Source: Thermoplasmata archaeon
Lineage (GTDB): Archaea; Thermoplasmatota; Thermoplasmata; RBG-16-68-12
Reading direction: 5' to 3'
NCBI GenBank assembly: GCA_035637195.1
Contig: DASPXQ010000088.1
Span: forward strand, 1 to 42,437
Length of the DNA stretch: 42,437 bases
Shown here: in pieces, positions 18,336 to 27,525 of the stretch
Numbering within the stretch: position 1 is the stretch's first letter
How the letters are laid out: every line of letters starts with the position of its first letter
Program-made: the position numbers and the translations under genes
The notes under the pieces: model-generated
Told to the model about the DNA's origin: nothing
The model's input: the letters and a program-made list of their open reading frames with translations, nothing else
Databases searched by the model: none

Positions 18336-19607
18336 ATGCCTGCGAAGCCTCACCTGAACCTCGTGTTCATCGGCCACGTCGACCACGGGAAGTCGACGAC
18401 GGTCGGCCGGATCCTGTACGACACGGGAAACATCGACCCCCACGAACTCGAGAACCTCAAGAAGCTCGCCGAGCAGATGGGCAAGGCGACCTTCGAGTTC
18501 GCGTTCGTCATGGACCAGGTCAAGGAGGAGCGCGAGCGCGGCCTCACGATCGACGTCGCGCACAAGCGCTTTGACACGGACAAGTATTACTTCACGATCA
18601 TCGACGCACCGGGCCACCGCGACTTCGTCAAGAACATGATCACGGGGACGTCCCAGGCCGATGCCGCCGTCCTCGTCGTCGGCGCGGCGGAAGGCGTCCA
18701 GACGCAGACGAAGGAGCACATCTTCCTCGCACGCACGCTCGGCGTCGAGCAGCTCATCGTCGCGATCAACAAAATGGACGCGGCGAAGCCCCCGTTCGCC
18801 GAGGCGCGGTTCAACGAACTGAAGACGGAGCTCACCGGGCTCCTGCGGGGCGTTGGCTACAAGGTCGACAAGGTCCCCTTCATCCCGATCAGCTCGTACA
18901 AGGGCGAGAACATTACGAAGAACTCGTCGAAGATGGCGTGGTACAAGGGCCCCGCCCTCGTGGCCGCGCTGAACGATCTCACCGTGCCGCCGAAGCCGAC
19001 GAACCTCGCGCTCCGCCTTCCGGTCCAGGACGTCTACTCGATCACCGGCGCCGGCACCGTGCCCGTCGGACGCGTCGAGACCGGCCTCCTGAAGGTCGGG
19101 ATGAAGATCCACTTCATGCCCGCGGACAAGGTCGGCGAGGTCAAGTCGATCGAGATGCACCACGAGCAGATCCCCCAGGCGGAACCGGGCGACAACGTCG
19201 GGTTCAACGTCCGCGGGGTGGACAAGAAAGACCTCCGGCGCGGGGACGTCGCGGGCCCGACGGATCACCCGCCGACGGTCGCGAAGTCCTTCACGGCGCA
19301 GATCATCGTCCTCAACCATCCGAGCGTCATCACGGCCGGGTACACGCCGGTCTTCCACGCGCATACGGCCCAGGTCGCATGCACCTTCGAGGAGATCATC
19401 GCGGCGCTCGACCCGAAGACGGGCGCGCCGAAGCCCGAGAAGCCGGACTTCCTGAAGACGGGAGACGCGGCGCGCGTGAAAATCCGTCCCTCGAAGCCGT
19501 TCGTGATCGAGCCCTTCAAGGCGTTCCCGCAGATGGGACGGTTCGCGGTCCGCGACATGGGGCAGACCGTCGCGGCGGGTCAGGTCATCGACGTCGAAAA
19601 GCGGTGA
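18336..19607 (+). CDS. tuf: Translation elongation factor EF-1alpha (aEF-1A)
   Basis: [36 protein letters not shown] and NKMD motifs. Full length, 423 aa. Confidence 0.97.
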   Translation: MPAKPHLNLVFIGHVDHGKSTTVGRILYDTGNIDPHELENLKKLAEQMGKATFEFAFVMDQVKEERERGLTIDVAHKRFDTDKYYFTIIDAPGHRDFVKNMITGTSQADAAVLVVGAAEGVQTQTKEHIFLARTLGVEQLIVAINKMDAAKPPFAEARFNELKTELTGLLRGVGYKVDKVPFIPISSYKGENITKNSSKMAWYKGPALVAALNDLTVPPKPTNLALRLPVQDVYSITGAGTVPVGRVETGLLKVGMKIHFMPADKVGEVKSIEMHHEQIPQAEPGDNVGFNVRGVDKKDLRRGDVAGPTDHPPTVAKSFTAQIIVLNHPSVITAGYTPVFHAHTAQVACTFEEIIAALDPKTGAPKPEKPDFLKTGDAARVKIRPSKPFVIEPFKAFPQMGRFAVRDMGQTVAAGQVIDVEKR

Positions 19608-19642
19608 CCTCCATCCACTCCTTCCGGTCCTCAGGTTGAACC

Positions 19643-19954
19643 ATGGCCCAGAAGGCGCGGATCTCGCTGAGCGGAACGGACCCGAAGAAGGTCGACAACG
19701 TGTGCCAACAGATCAAGCTCATCTCCGAGCGCACCGGCGTCGCGATGTCCGGGCCGATCCCGCTGCCGACGAAGAGGCTCCTCGTGCCGGTCCGCAAGTC
19801 CCCCGACGGCGAGGGCAGCGAGACGTGGGACCGCTGGGAGATGCGGATCCACAAGCGGCTCATCGACCTCGACGCGGACGAGCGGGCGTTGCGGCAGCTG
19901 ATGCGCATTCAAGTGCCGGACGGCGTGAACATCGAGATCGTCTTGCGATCGTGA
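19643..19954 (+). CDS. rps10: 30S ribosomal protein S10 (uS10)
   Basis: The product reads [46 protein letters not shown]...RIHKRLIDL, a typical archaeal uS10. It lies immediately downstream of tuf. Confidence 0.95.
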   Translation: MAQKARISLSGTDPKKVDNVCQQIKLISERTGVAMSGPIPLPTKRLLVPVRKSPDGEGSETWDRWEMRIHKRLIDLDADERALRQLMRIQVPDGVNIEIVLRS

Positions 19955-19956
19955 CG

Positions 19957-20460
19957 TCAGCGCGGCCCTAGGTAGCTCCGGGCGAGCGCGAGCAAGGCGA
20001 CGACGTCGGCGATGAACAGGGCGAATCCTCCGGCGACGATCGCCGTCGGGAGCATCGCGAGGACGAGCACGATCGGACCGAATCCGGCCGCGGATGCGAA
20101 GGCCACAGGCCACGCCCAGATCCGGCGGCGGAGGAACCCGATCCCCGTGGCGAAGGCGACGAGCGACGCATAGCCGCTCAGGAAGGCGTGGCCGACCGGG
20201 TCGAGGTGGGCCCAAAGGATCGCGAGCATCACGGAGAGGATCCATCCCGCGGCGGGCGCCATCGCGGGCCAGGGTCGCCGATCCGCCGCGATGCTCACGA
20301 GGCACAGGACGATCGCCACCACCCCGGCGAGGAGGGCCACCCACGGCGACGCGACCGCGATCCGGCCGTACTGGATCGCCCCCGCCAGGAGAGCGAGGCT
20401 TCCGGCGACGAGGCTCAGGCCGACGAACCAACGCAAGGCGGTCTCGGTCCGCGGCGTCAT
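19957..20460 (-). CDS. Hypothetical multi-pass membrane protein (about 5 TM helices)
   Basis: 167-aa hydrophobic ORF (WFVGLSLVAGSLALLAGAI, WVALLAGVVAIVLCLVSIA, and others). Convergent with rps10. Confidence 0.6.
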   Translation of the reverse strand: MTPRTETALRWFVGLSLVAGSLALLAGAIQYGRIAVASPWVALLAGVVAIVLCLVSIAADRRPWPAMAPAAGWILSVMLAILWAHLDPVGHAFLSGYASLVAFATGIGFLRRRIWAWPVAFASAAGFGPIVLVLAMLPTAIVAGGFALFIADVVALLALARSYLGPR

Positions 20461-20626
20461 GCCATGTCATCCGCCACGGCCGGAAAAAGGGTTGGGCCGC
20501 TCGCAGATATGGGCCGACCCCTCATCCCTGGAGCGGACGCGGACACTCGGACTGGATGTCTCCGGACCTGCGTCGGGCGAATCGCGCGGAAAGCTTCATG
20601 TGAACGGCGACGCTCTGCGCGCGCCT

Positions 20627-20698
20627 GGGCCGGTAGATCAGCGGAAGATCGCCTGCTTTGCAAGCAGGAAGTCCTGGGTTCAAATCCCAGCCGGTCCA
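20627..20698 (+). tRNA. tRNA-Ala (anticodon UGC)
   Basis: Hand-folded cloverleaf. Acceptor stem GGGCCGG/CCGGTCC has the G3:U70 alanine identity pair. Anticodon arm is CCTGC-TTTGCAA-GCAGG. T arm is CTGGG-TTCAAAT-CCCAG. Discriminator is A. CCA is not encoded. Confidence 0.9.
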
Positions 20699-20859
20699 CT
20701 GCCCGCCGGCCCGCCCCTCGGTCCATTCTCGACTTCGTTTCCCACGCTCCTGTCCATGGTGTTGCGGGATGGCGCCGACGATTTTCGCTCCGACAATGAA
20801 GGAACGGACCCGCGTTGCGGCCAAAGACCTAAATCTAACCCTCACTCTTGTGCCGCCCT

Positions 20860-21300
20860 ATGCCGATGATCGACGTGTATGCACCGCGAGACATTTTCCC
20901 TCCGGGGACGGAGGGCCTCCTAGGCAAGGAACTGACGATGGCGGTTCTCCGTGCGGAGGGTGTGGCAACCCCCGGGCCCTTCCATCTGAACAATACCGCC
21001 GCGTTCCTTCACCTCATGGAGCCGGGTCAAATACACACCGCGGCAACCCGCTCCGCACGCACCGTCCGCGTCCAGGTCATCACGCCGCCCGCGGCGTTGA
21101 CGCGCGGAGGGCAGAAGCAACTCGTCAAGGAGATCACCGAGATCGTAACCAGGGTCTCCAACGACCCGACCCAATCCGGTCGCACGTGGGTGATTCTCAC
21201 GGAGGCAGCCGAGGGCGGTTGGGGGCTCTCGGGCACCGCCTTTGGCCGGGAAGAATTCGCGGCGCTCGCAGCCAAGGCGGCTGCGGCACGCGCGAAGTGA
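20860..21300 (+). CDS. Tautomerase-superfamily protein (4-OT-like, long form) with N-terminal Pro-1
   Basis: Starting at the internal ATG gives MPMIDVYAPRDIFPPGTEGLLGKELTMAVLRAEG, the Met-Pro start and beta-alpha-beta pattern typical of tautomerase-family proteins. A TATA-like CTAAATCTAA lies about 25 nt upstream, which suggests a leaderless mRNA. Confidence 0.6.
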   Translation: MPMIDVYAPRDIFPPGTEGLLGKELTMAVLRAEGVATPGPFHLNNTAAFLHLMEPGQIHTAATRSARTVRVQVITPPAALTRGGQKQLVKEITEIVTRVSNDPTQSGRTWVILTEAAEGGWGLSGTAFGREEFAALAAKAAAARAK

Positions 21301-21629
21301 GCGCACAACCGGTCTAGGAATCCAAGTCCCTCTGACGTGATTCCGGCCCCGTCCGGAGCGGACCTCCTGGGCGTTCGGCGGCTTGTGAAGCCCAGAGGAT
21401 TTGAACCTCGGCAAGTTTAGAGCCCAGCCGGTCCGTCATTGACGGATCGGGACGGCGTTTAACGGCGACGCCTCTTGATCCGATGCGAGGGCCCGTGGCC
21501 CGCGCGGCGACGGGCGCGACGGCGCGCAGCCCGCGTCATCCGAATCTCCTTTTGTGCCATCGAGGCGGGAGAATTGTGCCGCTATTTGAACCAAAGCCCT
21601 CGGGAGATCCGGATGCAACGGACGAATTC

Positions 21630-21666
21630 AGAGGAAAATGTGAAGGGGGCCCGCGGTTGGCGGGCC
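21630..21666 (-). terminator. Hairpin (GGCCCGC-GGTTG-GCGGGCC) plus T-tract downstream of the DUF4382 gene
   Basis: A perfect 7-bp stem at 21648-21666 lies immediately after the minus-strand stop at 21671. It is followed on the minus strand by CCCTTCACATTTTCC. Confidence 0.45.
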
Positions 21667-21670
21667 GTGC

Positions 21671-22210
21671 TCACGCGACCGTGATGTGGCCGAGGACCGG
21701 GGTGAAGGTCCACGTGCCCGAGGCCATCACGATCGACCGGGACAGGTCGATGTCCACGGTCAGCGTCGTCGTGCTGCCCGAGCGGATCTCGAACGTCGTC
21801 GTCGTCTTCAGCTCGCCGGACGGCACGGAGAATGTGATGGTCGTGCCATTCGCTAGCTGGCCGGTCGCGCTGCTCACGACAATCCGAATCTGCGTGTACT
21901 TTCCCGGCGCGAACCGAGCGTTCGCGAGCAGCTCGGAGATGTTCACGAGGGACGCCAAGTCGACCGTCGTCCGCGCCAGCGTGACGTTGTGCCAGCCGAC
22001 GTCGTCCGCCTTCCCGGCCTCGTGGGCCCAGACGTCGGTGAAGGTCACGTCCACATGGGCCCAGTCGCCGACCGCGTCCATCACGCGGACGTCCAGCTCG
22101 CCCTCGTACAGGTAGACGTAGGCGGCGAATCCGCCGAGGACGAGGGCCGCTGCGAGGACCAGTGCGATGAGAGCGCGTCGCATGTCCATCCTCCGGACGT
22201 CCGGTTGCAT
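21671..22210 (-). CDS. DUF4382-family membrane-anchored or secreted protein
   Basis: N-terminal anchor RRALIALVLAAALVLGGFAAYVYL. Also GKYTQIRIVVSSATG...TITFSVPSGELKTTTTFEIRSGSTTTLTVDIDLSRSIV...FTPVLG, matching the DUF4382 pattern as I recall it. Confidence 0.7.
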   Translation of the reverse strand: MQPDVRRMDMRRALIALVLAAALVLGGFAAYVYLYEGELDVRVMDAVGDWAHVDVTFTDVWAHEAGKADDVGWHNVTLARTTVDLASLVNISELLANARFAPGKYTQIRIVVSSATGQLANGTTITFSVPSGELKTTTTFEIRSGSTTTLTVDIDLSRSIVMASGTWTFTPVLGHITVA

Positions 22211-22267
22211 CGGTCCGCATTAAGGCTTGTTGAACGCCCATCGAAACGCGGGAGACGAGAATCGTTT

Positions 22268-22993
22268 ATGGCCCTCGGACGGTTCTCGGGGGCGATGCGG
22301 ATGCCCCGAGCCGCACGGGCGTACGACGCCGGATACATTGCGATCTACCGGTCGGGCGTCCACTTCAGCGACACATCGAGACCGACGACAGCCCTCGTGC
22401 GATTCATCGACCGCATGCATCCCGGCGGCCGTGCGCTCGAACTCGGATGCGGGGAGGGGAGGGACGCGATCTTCCTCGCGAGGCGAGGCCTCCAAGTCAC
22501 CGCCATCGATGCCTCGTCATCCGCGTTGTCCCGCGCCCGCGAGCGTGCACGAGAGGCGGGCGTCCGCATCCGCTTTTCCCGAGGCGACATGACCGGCCGC
22601 CAGCCGTTCCGCAGCGGGACGTTCGATCTCGTCGCCTCGATCGACGCGTTTCATCTGGCGACGGGGTCCCGCGACCGCGCGCGCCATTTTCGGGAGGCGT
22701 ACCGACTCCTGAAGCCCGGCGGTCTCTACTTCTTCTGCAATCACACCGCGCGGCGGCCTCGGATCAGCGCGGGCCGCGGGAAGGACACGATCTGGGTCGG
22801 CGCGCCGGACGGTGGGCGGGAGATCCTCGTCCCCCGCGTCCCGTACGCGGTCCTGACGAAGGACGGATACGCGCGGGCGATCCGCGATGCGGGCCTGACG
22901 ATCCGGATGGCGCGGTTCACCCGGTCCTTCCCGATCCAGGACGACGTCGCCCTGATCGTCGGGGCCAAACCCCTCGCTTCCCGTCGGACCTAG
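22268..22993 (+). CDS. Class I SAM-dependent methyltransferase
   Basis: Motif I is ALELGCGEGRDAIFLARRG, followed by VTAIDAS and LLKPGGLYFF. Start placed at the internal ATG 22268, because the upstream part of the track ORF overlaps the opposite-strand DUF4382 gene. Confidence 0.8.
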   Translation: MALGRFSGAMRMPRAARAYDAGYIAIYRSGVHFSDTSRPTTALVRFIDRMHPGGRALELGCGEGRDAIFLARRGLQVTAIDASSSALSRARERAREAGVRIRFSRGDMTGRQPFRSGTFDLVASIDAFHLATGSRDRARHFREAYRLLKPGGLYFFCNHTARRPRISAGRGKDTIWVGAPDGGREILVPRVPYAVLTKDGYARAIRDAGLTIRMARFTRSFPIQDDVALIVGAKPLASRRT

Positions 22994-23670
22994 ACGCCCG
23001 CGTAGAGACGGTCCGCGAGTTCGTGCGGCAGCCCTGCCTTCCGGATCTCGCCGGCGACCGCGTCGATGTCGTACGACACCCGGCGCAGCTCGAACGTCCG
23101 GCGGGTGAGGTCGAGGACGCCCCACGCGGCCCGCGGATCGCCGTCGCGGGGCTGGCCCACGCTGCCCGGGTTCACGACGAGGCCCGACCGGAAGGGGCAG
23201 GTCATCGGGAGGTGCGTGTGCCCGAGGATGACGAACGGAGCGCCCGCCATCCGGATGATCCACTCGTCCGCGGACCAGGAGAAGACGTACTCGTCGTCGT
23301 TCCGAGGGCTCCCGTGGTACATGGCGACGAGTCCCTCCGGTAAGGCGGTGCGAACGCGGTCCTCGAGGTCTTTGAGGTATCCGACCGAGGCGGGCGTCAG
23401 GTGGATGCGGGTCCAGCGGATCGCGGTGCTCGCGAGCTCGTTGAAGGCGAACACCTCGCCGCCGAGGGCCGCGCGGTCGTGGTTCCCGCGGATCGCCCGC
23501 ACCTTCCGCGCGCGCAGGATCTCCAGGACCTCGTTCGGCCACGGGTTATAGCCAACGAGGTCGCCCGCCACCCAGATGCCCTCCGGGGCGACGCGGTCGA
23601 CGTCCGCGAGGACCGCCTCGAGGGCCGGCCGGTTCGAGTGGACGTCGGAGAGGACCGCGAGGCGCATCAC
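22990..23670 (-). CDS. Metallophosphoesterase (YfcE/MJ0936-like)
   Basis: Motifs are LAVLSDVHSN, GDLVGY, GNHD and GHTH. Its stop shares a CTAG with the convergent methyltransferase. Confidence 0.85.
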   Translation of the reverse strand: MMRLAVLSDVHSNRPALEAVLADVDRVAPEGIWVAGDLVGYNPWPNEVLEILRARKVRAIRGNHDRAALGGEVFAFNELASTAIRWTRIHLTPASVGYLKDLEDRVRTALPEGLVAMYHGSPRNDDEYVFSWSADEWIIRMAGAPFVILGHTHLPMTCPFRSGLVVNPGSVGQPRDGDPRAAWGVLDLTRRTFELRRVSYDIDAVAGEIRKAGLPHELADRLYAGV

Positions 23671-23950
23671 GCGTCCGAACGGGATCGGGCTATTTCAGGT
23701 GTTCAACGTGCGCTCAAAGTTAACCTCAAGTAAGGTTAACAGGCAACACTTCGGACCGGTCGGCCGGAGGGCCCGTGATCCGATGGATCGCCCGCGACTC
23801 GCTCGCGGGCCACCGCGCCTGACCAAGTCCGCCGCACGGACCGCGGTTCGTGTCAATCCCCGGTGTGGTGCTCGAATGCACAGCTTTAAGCCCTTGGGAC
23901 CCTCTGGGCCGCGCATCCGACCCCACGAGGGATCGGATAGTAGGTAGCGA

Positions 23951-24136
23951 ATGGACGAAGAGAGAGGCGGCAGACGAGGCGGAGGCGGCGGCGGTTACGA
24001 CCGAGGCCCGCGTACAATGTACGACGCGGTGTGCTCGGACTGCGGCCAGGCCACCCAGGTCCCGTTCAAACCGGACCCGGCCCGACCCGTCTACTGCCGA
24101 GATTGTTTCGCAAAGCGCCGGCCGCGACGGTTCTGA
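23951..24136 (+). CDS. Small RGG-rich protein with a CxxC-x17-CxxC zinc-binding domain
   Basis: 61 aa: MDEERGGRRGGGGGGYDRGPR..CSDCGQATQVPFKPDPARPVYCRDCFAKRRPRRF. There are exactly 17 residues between the two CxxC pairs. Confidence 0.75.
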   Translation: MDEERGGRRGGGGGGYDRGPRTMYDAVCSDCGQATQVPFKPDPARPVYCRDCFAKRRPRRF

Positions 24137-24154
24137 GATCGACAACGGCACAGC

Positions 24155-24176
24155 GTTCGAACCTTTTTGTTCGAGC
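24155..24176 (+). terminator. Hairpin/oligo-T terminator after the CxxC-x17-CxxC gene
   Basis: The sequence gttcgaacctttttgttcgagc (T5 at 24164-24168) lies 19 nt after the stop. A second T-tract (tattttctctt) follows. Confidence 0.45.
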
Positions 24177-24313
24177 TCCACCCGGTCATGCGGCTGGCGC
24201 GGAGCTCGTATTTTCTCTTGCCTTCGAATTAGAATGGCCTTGATTTCATTCAGGGCTCCCGAAAGCAACGCCTCCGCTCAACACTTATCCGCCGCCGGCG
24301 CCTTGCGTGCCGC

Positions 24314-25045
24314 GTGGACCGCATCGAGGTCGCCCCAGGGATTGAGGCGACCCGCGACTTCGCGCTGCATCTTCGCGGCGAACGGACCCTTGTGATCTCG
24401 GACCTGCACCTCGGGTTCGAGGGCGCCCTCGCGGAACAGGGCGTCTCGATCCCCCGGTTCCAGCGTCGCGTTATCCTCGAGCGGCTCGGGAAGATGCTCG
24501 ACCGCGTGAAGGCGGAACAGGTGGTCATCGCGGGCGACTTCAAGCACGAGTTCTCGAAGAACCTAGTCGACGAATGGGTCGAGGTGAAGCAGGTCTTGCG
24601 CTTCCTCAAGGAACGCGTGACGGCGGTGCTCGTCCGCGGAAACCACGACAACTACCTCGCGACGATCCTCGGGGACCTCGGCCTCACGTTGCACGAACGC
24701 GCGGACGTCGGCGGCATGACGATCGTCCACGGCCACGAGGAGGTCTCGACGCTGCATCCGATCGTCATGGGCCATGAACACCCGGCCGTCAAGCTGAAAG
24801 ACGACCTCGGCGCCGTCGTGAGCGTTCCCGCCTTCCTCGTCACGAATTCCCTGATCGTCCTCCCCGCGTTCAGCCCGCTCGCCCTCGGCGTGGACGTTTC
24901 CTCGTATCCGTACCTCTCGCCGATCCTGAACCGCATCCCCATCGACGACGCGCGCGTGATCGGTGTGGACGAGAAAGAGGGCCTCCTCGACTTCGGGCGG
25001 GTGGCGGGCCTCAAGGCGATGCGCGCGGCGCTATTGATGAAGTGA
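24314..25045 (+). CDS. Metallophosphoesterase (archaeal ICC/MJ0037-like family)
   Basis: GTG start. Motifs are LVISDLHLG, IAGDFKHEF, VRGNHDN and VHGHE. Confidence 0.8.
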   Translation: MDRIEVAPGIEATRDFALHLRGERTLVISDLHLGFEGALAEQGVSIPRFQRRVILERLGKMLDRVKAEQVVIAGDFKHEFSKNLVDEWVEVKQVLRFLKERVTAVLVRGNHDNYLATILGDLGLTLHERADVGGMTIVHGHEEVSTLHPIVMGHEHPAVKLKDDLGAVVSVPAFLVTNSLIVLPAFSPLALGVDVSSYPYLSPILNRIPIDDARVIGVDEKEGLLDFGRVAGLKAMRAALLMK

Positions 25046-25106
25046 TCCGGGGCCTCGACACCGCGCTTAGGTTTATCCTAACCTCGTCGGTCTCGGTCCA
25101 ACTTCC

Positions 25107-26777
25107 ATGGTCGCCGACATCGAGATAGCCCAGAGCACCCCGATGCGGCCGATTACGGACGTGGCCCAGGCCCTTGGCCTCGGCCGCGAGGACCTCATCC
25201 TGAAGAGCGATTACGTCGCGAAGGTCCGGCTCGACGCGGTCGAACGGAGCCGGAAGGCCCGCCAGGGGAAGCTCGTGCTGGTCACCGGCACGACCCCGAC
25301 CCGTTACGGGGAGGGCAAGACGCTGACCACGGTCGGGCTGGGCCAGGCACTCACTAGGCTCGGGACGAGAGCGATCGTCGCCGTGCGGGAGCCCTCGCTC
25401 GGGCCCGTCTTCGGGACGAAGGGCGGCGCGACGGGCGGCGGCCGCTCGCAGATCCTCCCAATGGAGGAGATCAACCTGCACTTCACGGGCGACATCCACG
25501 CGGTCGGCGCCGCGAACAACCTCATCGCCGCCATCATGGACGCCCACATCTTCCACGGGAACGAGCTGGACCTCGATCCGACGCGCGTGCTGTTCCCGCG
25601 GTGCCTCGACATGAACGACCGCCAGCTGAGGAACATCGTCACGGGCCTCGGCGGTCCGAAGCACGGCGTGCCCCGGGAGGACGGCTTCATCATCACGGCC
25701 GCGAGCGAGGTCATGGCGATCCTCTGCCTCACGGAAGGGATCCGGGACCTCAAGGAGCGCCTCGAACGGATCGTCGTCGCGTGGGATCGCCGCGAGCACC
25801 CCGTCCGCGTCGGCGATCTGACAGTGCAGGGAGCCGCCGCGATCCTGCTGAAGGACGCCCTCATGCCGAACCTCGTCCAGACGCTCGAGGGCACCCCCGC
25901 GTTCGTCCATGGCGGTCCGTTCGCGAACATCGCGCACGGGCACAGCAGCGTGCTCGCGGACCGGCTCACGCTGGGCCTCGGGGACGTCGTGGTCACGGAG
26001 GCGGGGTTCGGCTCGGACCTCGGTGGGGAGAAGTTCGTCGACCTCGTGTGCCGCCAGAGCGGCCTGCGACCCGACGCCGCCGTCCTCGTCGCGAGCGTCC
26101 GCGCGCTGAAACACCACGGCGGGGTCAAGAAGAAAGACCTCGCCACCGAGAACCCGAAGGCCCTCGCGGTCGGCTTCGCGAACCTCGACGCGCACATCAA
26201 GATCCTGCAGACCCTCGGCATCACGCCGGTCGTCGCGGTGAATCGCTTCGCCACGGACACGGACCGGGAGGTCGACGGCATCGTCGACCATTGCCAGGAC
26301 GCCGGCGTCCGGGCGGCCGCGCACACATGCCATCGGGACGGCGGCGCGGGAGGGGAGGCGCTCGCCCGGCTCGTGCTCGACGCGGCGAGTGCCTCGCCGC
26401 ACTCCGTCCGGTTCGTGTACAAGGACGACGACCCGCTCCAGGAGAAGGTCGCGAAGGTGGCGACGTCGATCTACGGCGCGGCCGGCGTGAAGTTCGACGC
26501 CGCCGCCCTCGACGACCTCGAGCGCCTGCACGCCGCGGGCCTCGACGGCCTCCCGATCTGCATCGCGAAGACCCAGCTCTCCCTCTCGGACGATGAACGC
26601 ACTCTCGGCGCGCCGAAAGGCTGGACCCTCCAAGTCCGGGGCATCCGGCCCTCCGCGGGCGCGGGATTCCTGGTCGTCCTCGCGGGCGACATCATGCGGA
26701 TGCCGGGCCTCGGAGAGGAGCCCGCCGCCCTCGGGATGGACATCGATGAGAGCGGACACATCAAGGGGCTATTCTGA
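25107..26777 (+). CDS. fhs: Formate--tetrahydrofolate ligase
   Basis: DIEIAQ, TPTRYGEGKTLTTVGL, REPSLGPVFGTKGGATGGG and PMEEINLHFTGDIHA. Full length, 556 aa. Confidence 0.95.
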   Translation: MVADIEIAQSTPMRPITDVAQALGLGREDLILKSDYVAKVRLDAVERSRKARQGKLVLVTGTTPTRYGEGKTLTTVGLGQALTRLGTRAIVAVREPSLGPVFGTKGGATGGGRSQILPMEEINLHFTGDIHAVGAANNLIAAIMDAHIFHGNELDLDPTRVLFPRCLDMNDRQLRNIVTGLGGPKHGVPREDGFIITAASEVMAILCLTEGIRDLKERLERIVVAWDRREHPVRVGDLTVQGAAAILLKDALMPNLVQTLEGTPAFVHGGPFANIAHGHSSVLADRLTLGLGDVVVTEAGFGSDLGGEKFVDLVCRQSGLRPDAAVLVASVRALKHHGGVKKKDLATENPKALAVGFANLDAHIKILQTLGITPVVAVNRFATDTDREVDGIVDHCQDAGVRAAAHTCHRDGGAGGEALARLVLDAASASPHSVRFVYKDDDPLQEKVAKVATSIYGAAGVKFDAAALDDLERLHAAGLDGLPICIAKTQLSLSDDERTLGAPKGWTLQVRGIRPSAGAGFLVVLAGDIMRMPGLGEEPAALGMDIDESGHIKGLF

Positions 26778-26847
26778 TTCCGAGCAAGATCGGCCGTTCG
26801 AGTCCGCGGGGCAAAGGGCCTTAGGCGACGCGTGCGCTGCCCGCGCC

Positions 26848-27525
26848 ATGTCAGGGCCGCCAGGAGCGACCGGGCCAACCGGGGACTGGGAAAAATTGTA
26901 CGCGACCTCGGACGTTGCGACACTCCCCTGGTACAACCCCGAGCTGGACTCGGATGTCGAGCAAGCTCTGAAGGTGCACCGCCTCAAGGGCGGACGAATC
27001 CTCGACCTCGGAACGGGCCCCGCGACCCAAGCGATGAACCTCGCGAAGCGCGGCTTCGACGTGCTCGCAACGGACATTTCCTCGAGCGCGATCAAGAAAG
27101 CGAAAGCGGCCGCCAAGGCGGCCGGACTGTCGATCGAGTTCCGCGTGGACAACGTCCTCCAGTCAAAACTCGGACCGAATCTGGTGGACGCGATCATTGA
27201 TCGCGGGGTCTTCCACGTGCTGCCGAAAGACAAGCGGCCGATCTACGTCCAGACGGTCCACCGAGTCCTTCGGCCGAACGGTTGGCTTTTCTTGAAGTGT
27301 TTCTCAATCAAGGAGCCGGGCACCTGGGGGCCGTTCCGGATCGCCCCGTCCGAACTTCGCGGGTACTTCCGCGAACCGTTCGAGATTCTGTCCGTCGACG
27401 AGGCGGTGTTCCAGGGGAACGTCGCGCCGCCCCCGAAGGCGCTGTTCGCGACGTTCCGCAGGCGCGGCGCGAGTTCCAAGCCGCGGCCTCAGAAGCGAGC
27501 CCGGAAGCGATCGACGAGGTCCTGA
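26848..27525 (+). CDS. Class I SAM-dependent methyltransferase (TPMT/TehB-like)
   Basis: Internal ATG of the track ORF. LPWYNPELD and motif I ILDLGTGPATQAMNLAKRG, followed by VLATDIS and LRPNGWLFL. The Lys/Arg-rich tail overlaps the convergent fbp gene by 37 nt. Confidence 0.8.
   Translation: MSGPPGATGPTGDWEKLYATSDVATLPWYNPELDSDVEQALKVHRLKGGRILDLGTGPATQAMNLAKRGFDVLATDISSSAIKKAKAAAKAAGLSIEFRVDNVLQSKLGPNLVDAIIDRGVFHVLPKDKRPIYVQTVHRVLRPNGWLFLKCFSIKEPGTWGPFRIAPSELRGYFREPFEILSVDEAVFQGNVAPPPKALFATFRRRGASSKPRPQKRARKRSTRS

Noticed and set aside
22990-22993. Convergent gene pairs sharing a palindromic CTAG as stop on both strands (also at 35622..35625)
   Set aside because: Both are real in the sequence, but two occurrences are compatible with chance in a compact genome that uses TAG stops. 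No functional inference is justified.
23770-23830. Possible box C/D sRNA (GTGATCC ... CTGA about 48 nt apart)
   Set aside because: The C-box candidate lacks the terminal GA of RUGAUGA. No C-prime/D-prime pair or terminal stem is visible.
24250-24651. 133-aa minus-strand ORF opposite the 24314..25045 phosphoesterase
   Set aside because: The plus-strand frame has all the metallophosphoesterase motifs. The minus frame is Ser/Arg/Thr-rich with no recognisable features.
25011-26759. 582-aa minus-strand ORF, and a 372-aa ORF in another frame, antisense to fhs
   Set aside because: This is the same high-GC antisense artefact. The fhs protein on the plus strand is unambiguous.
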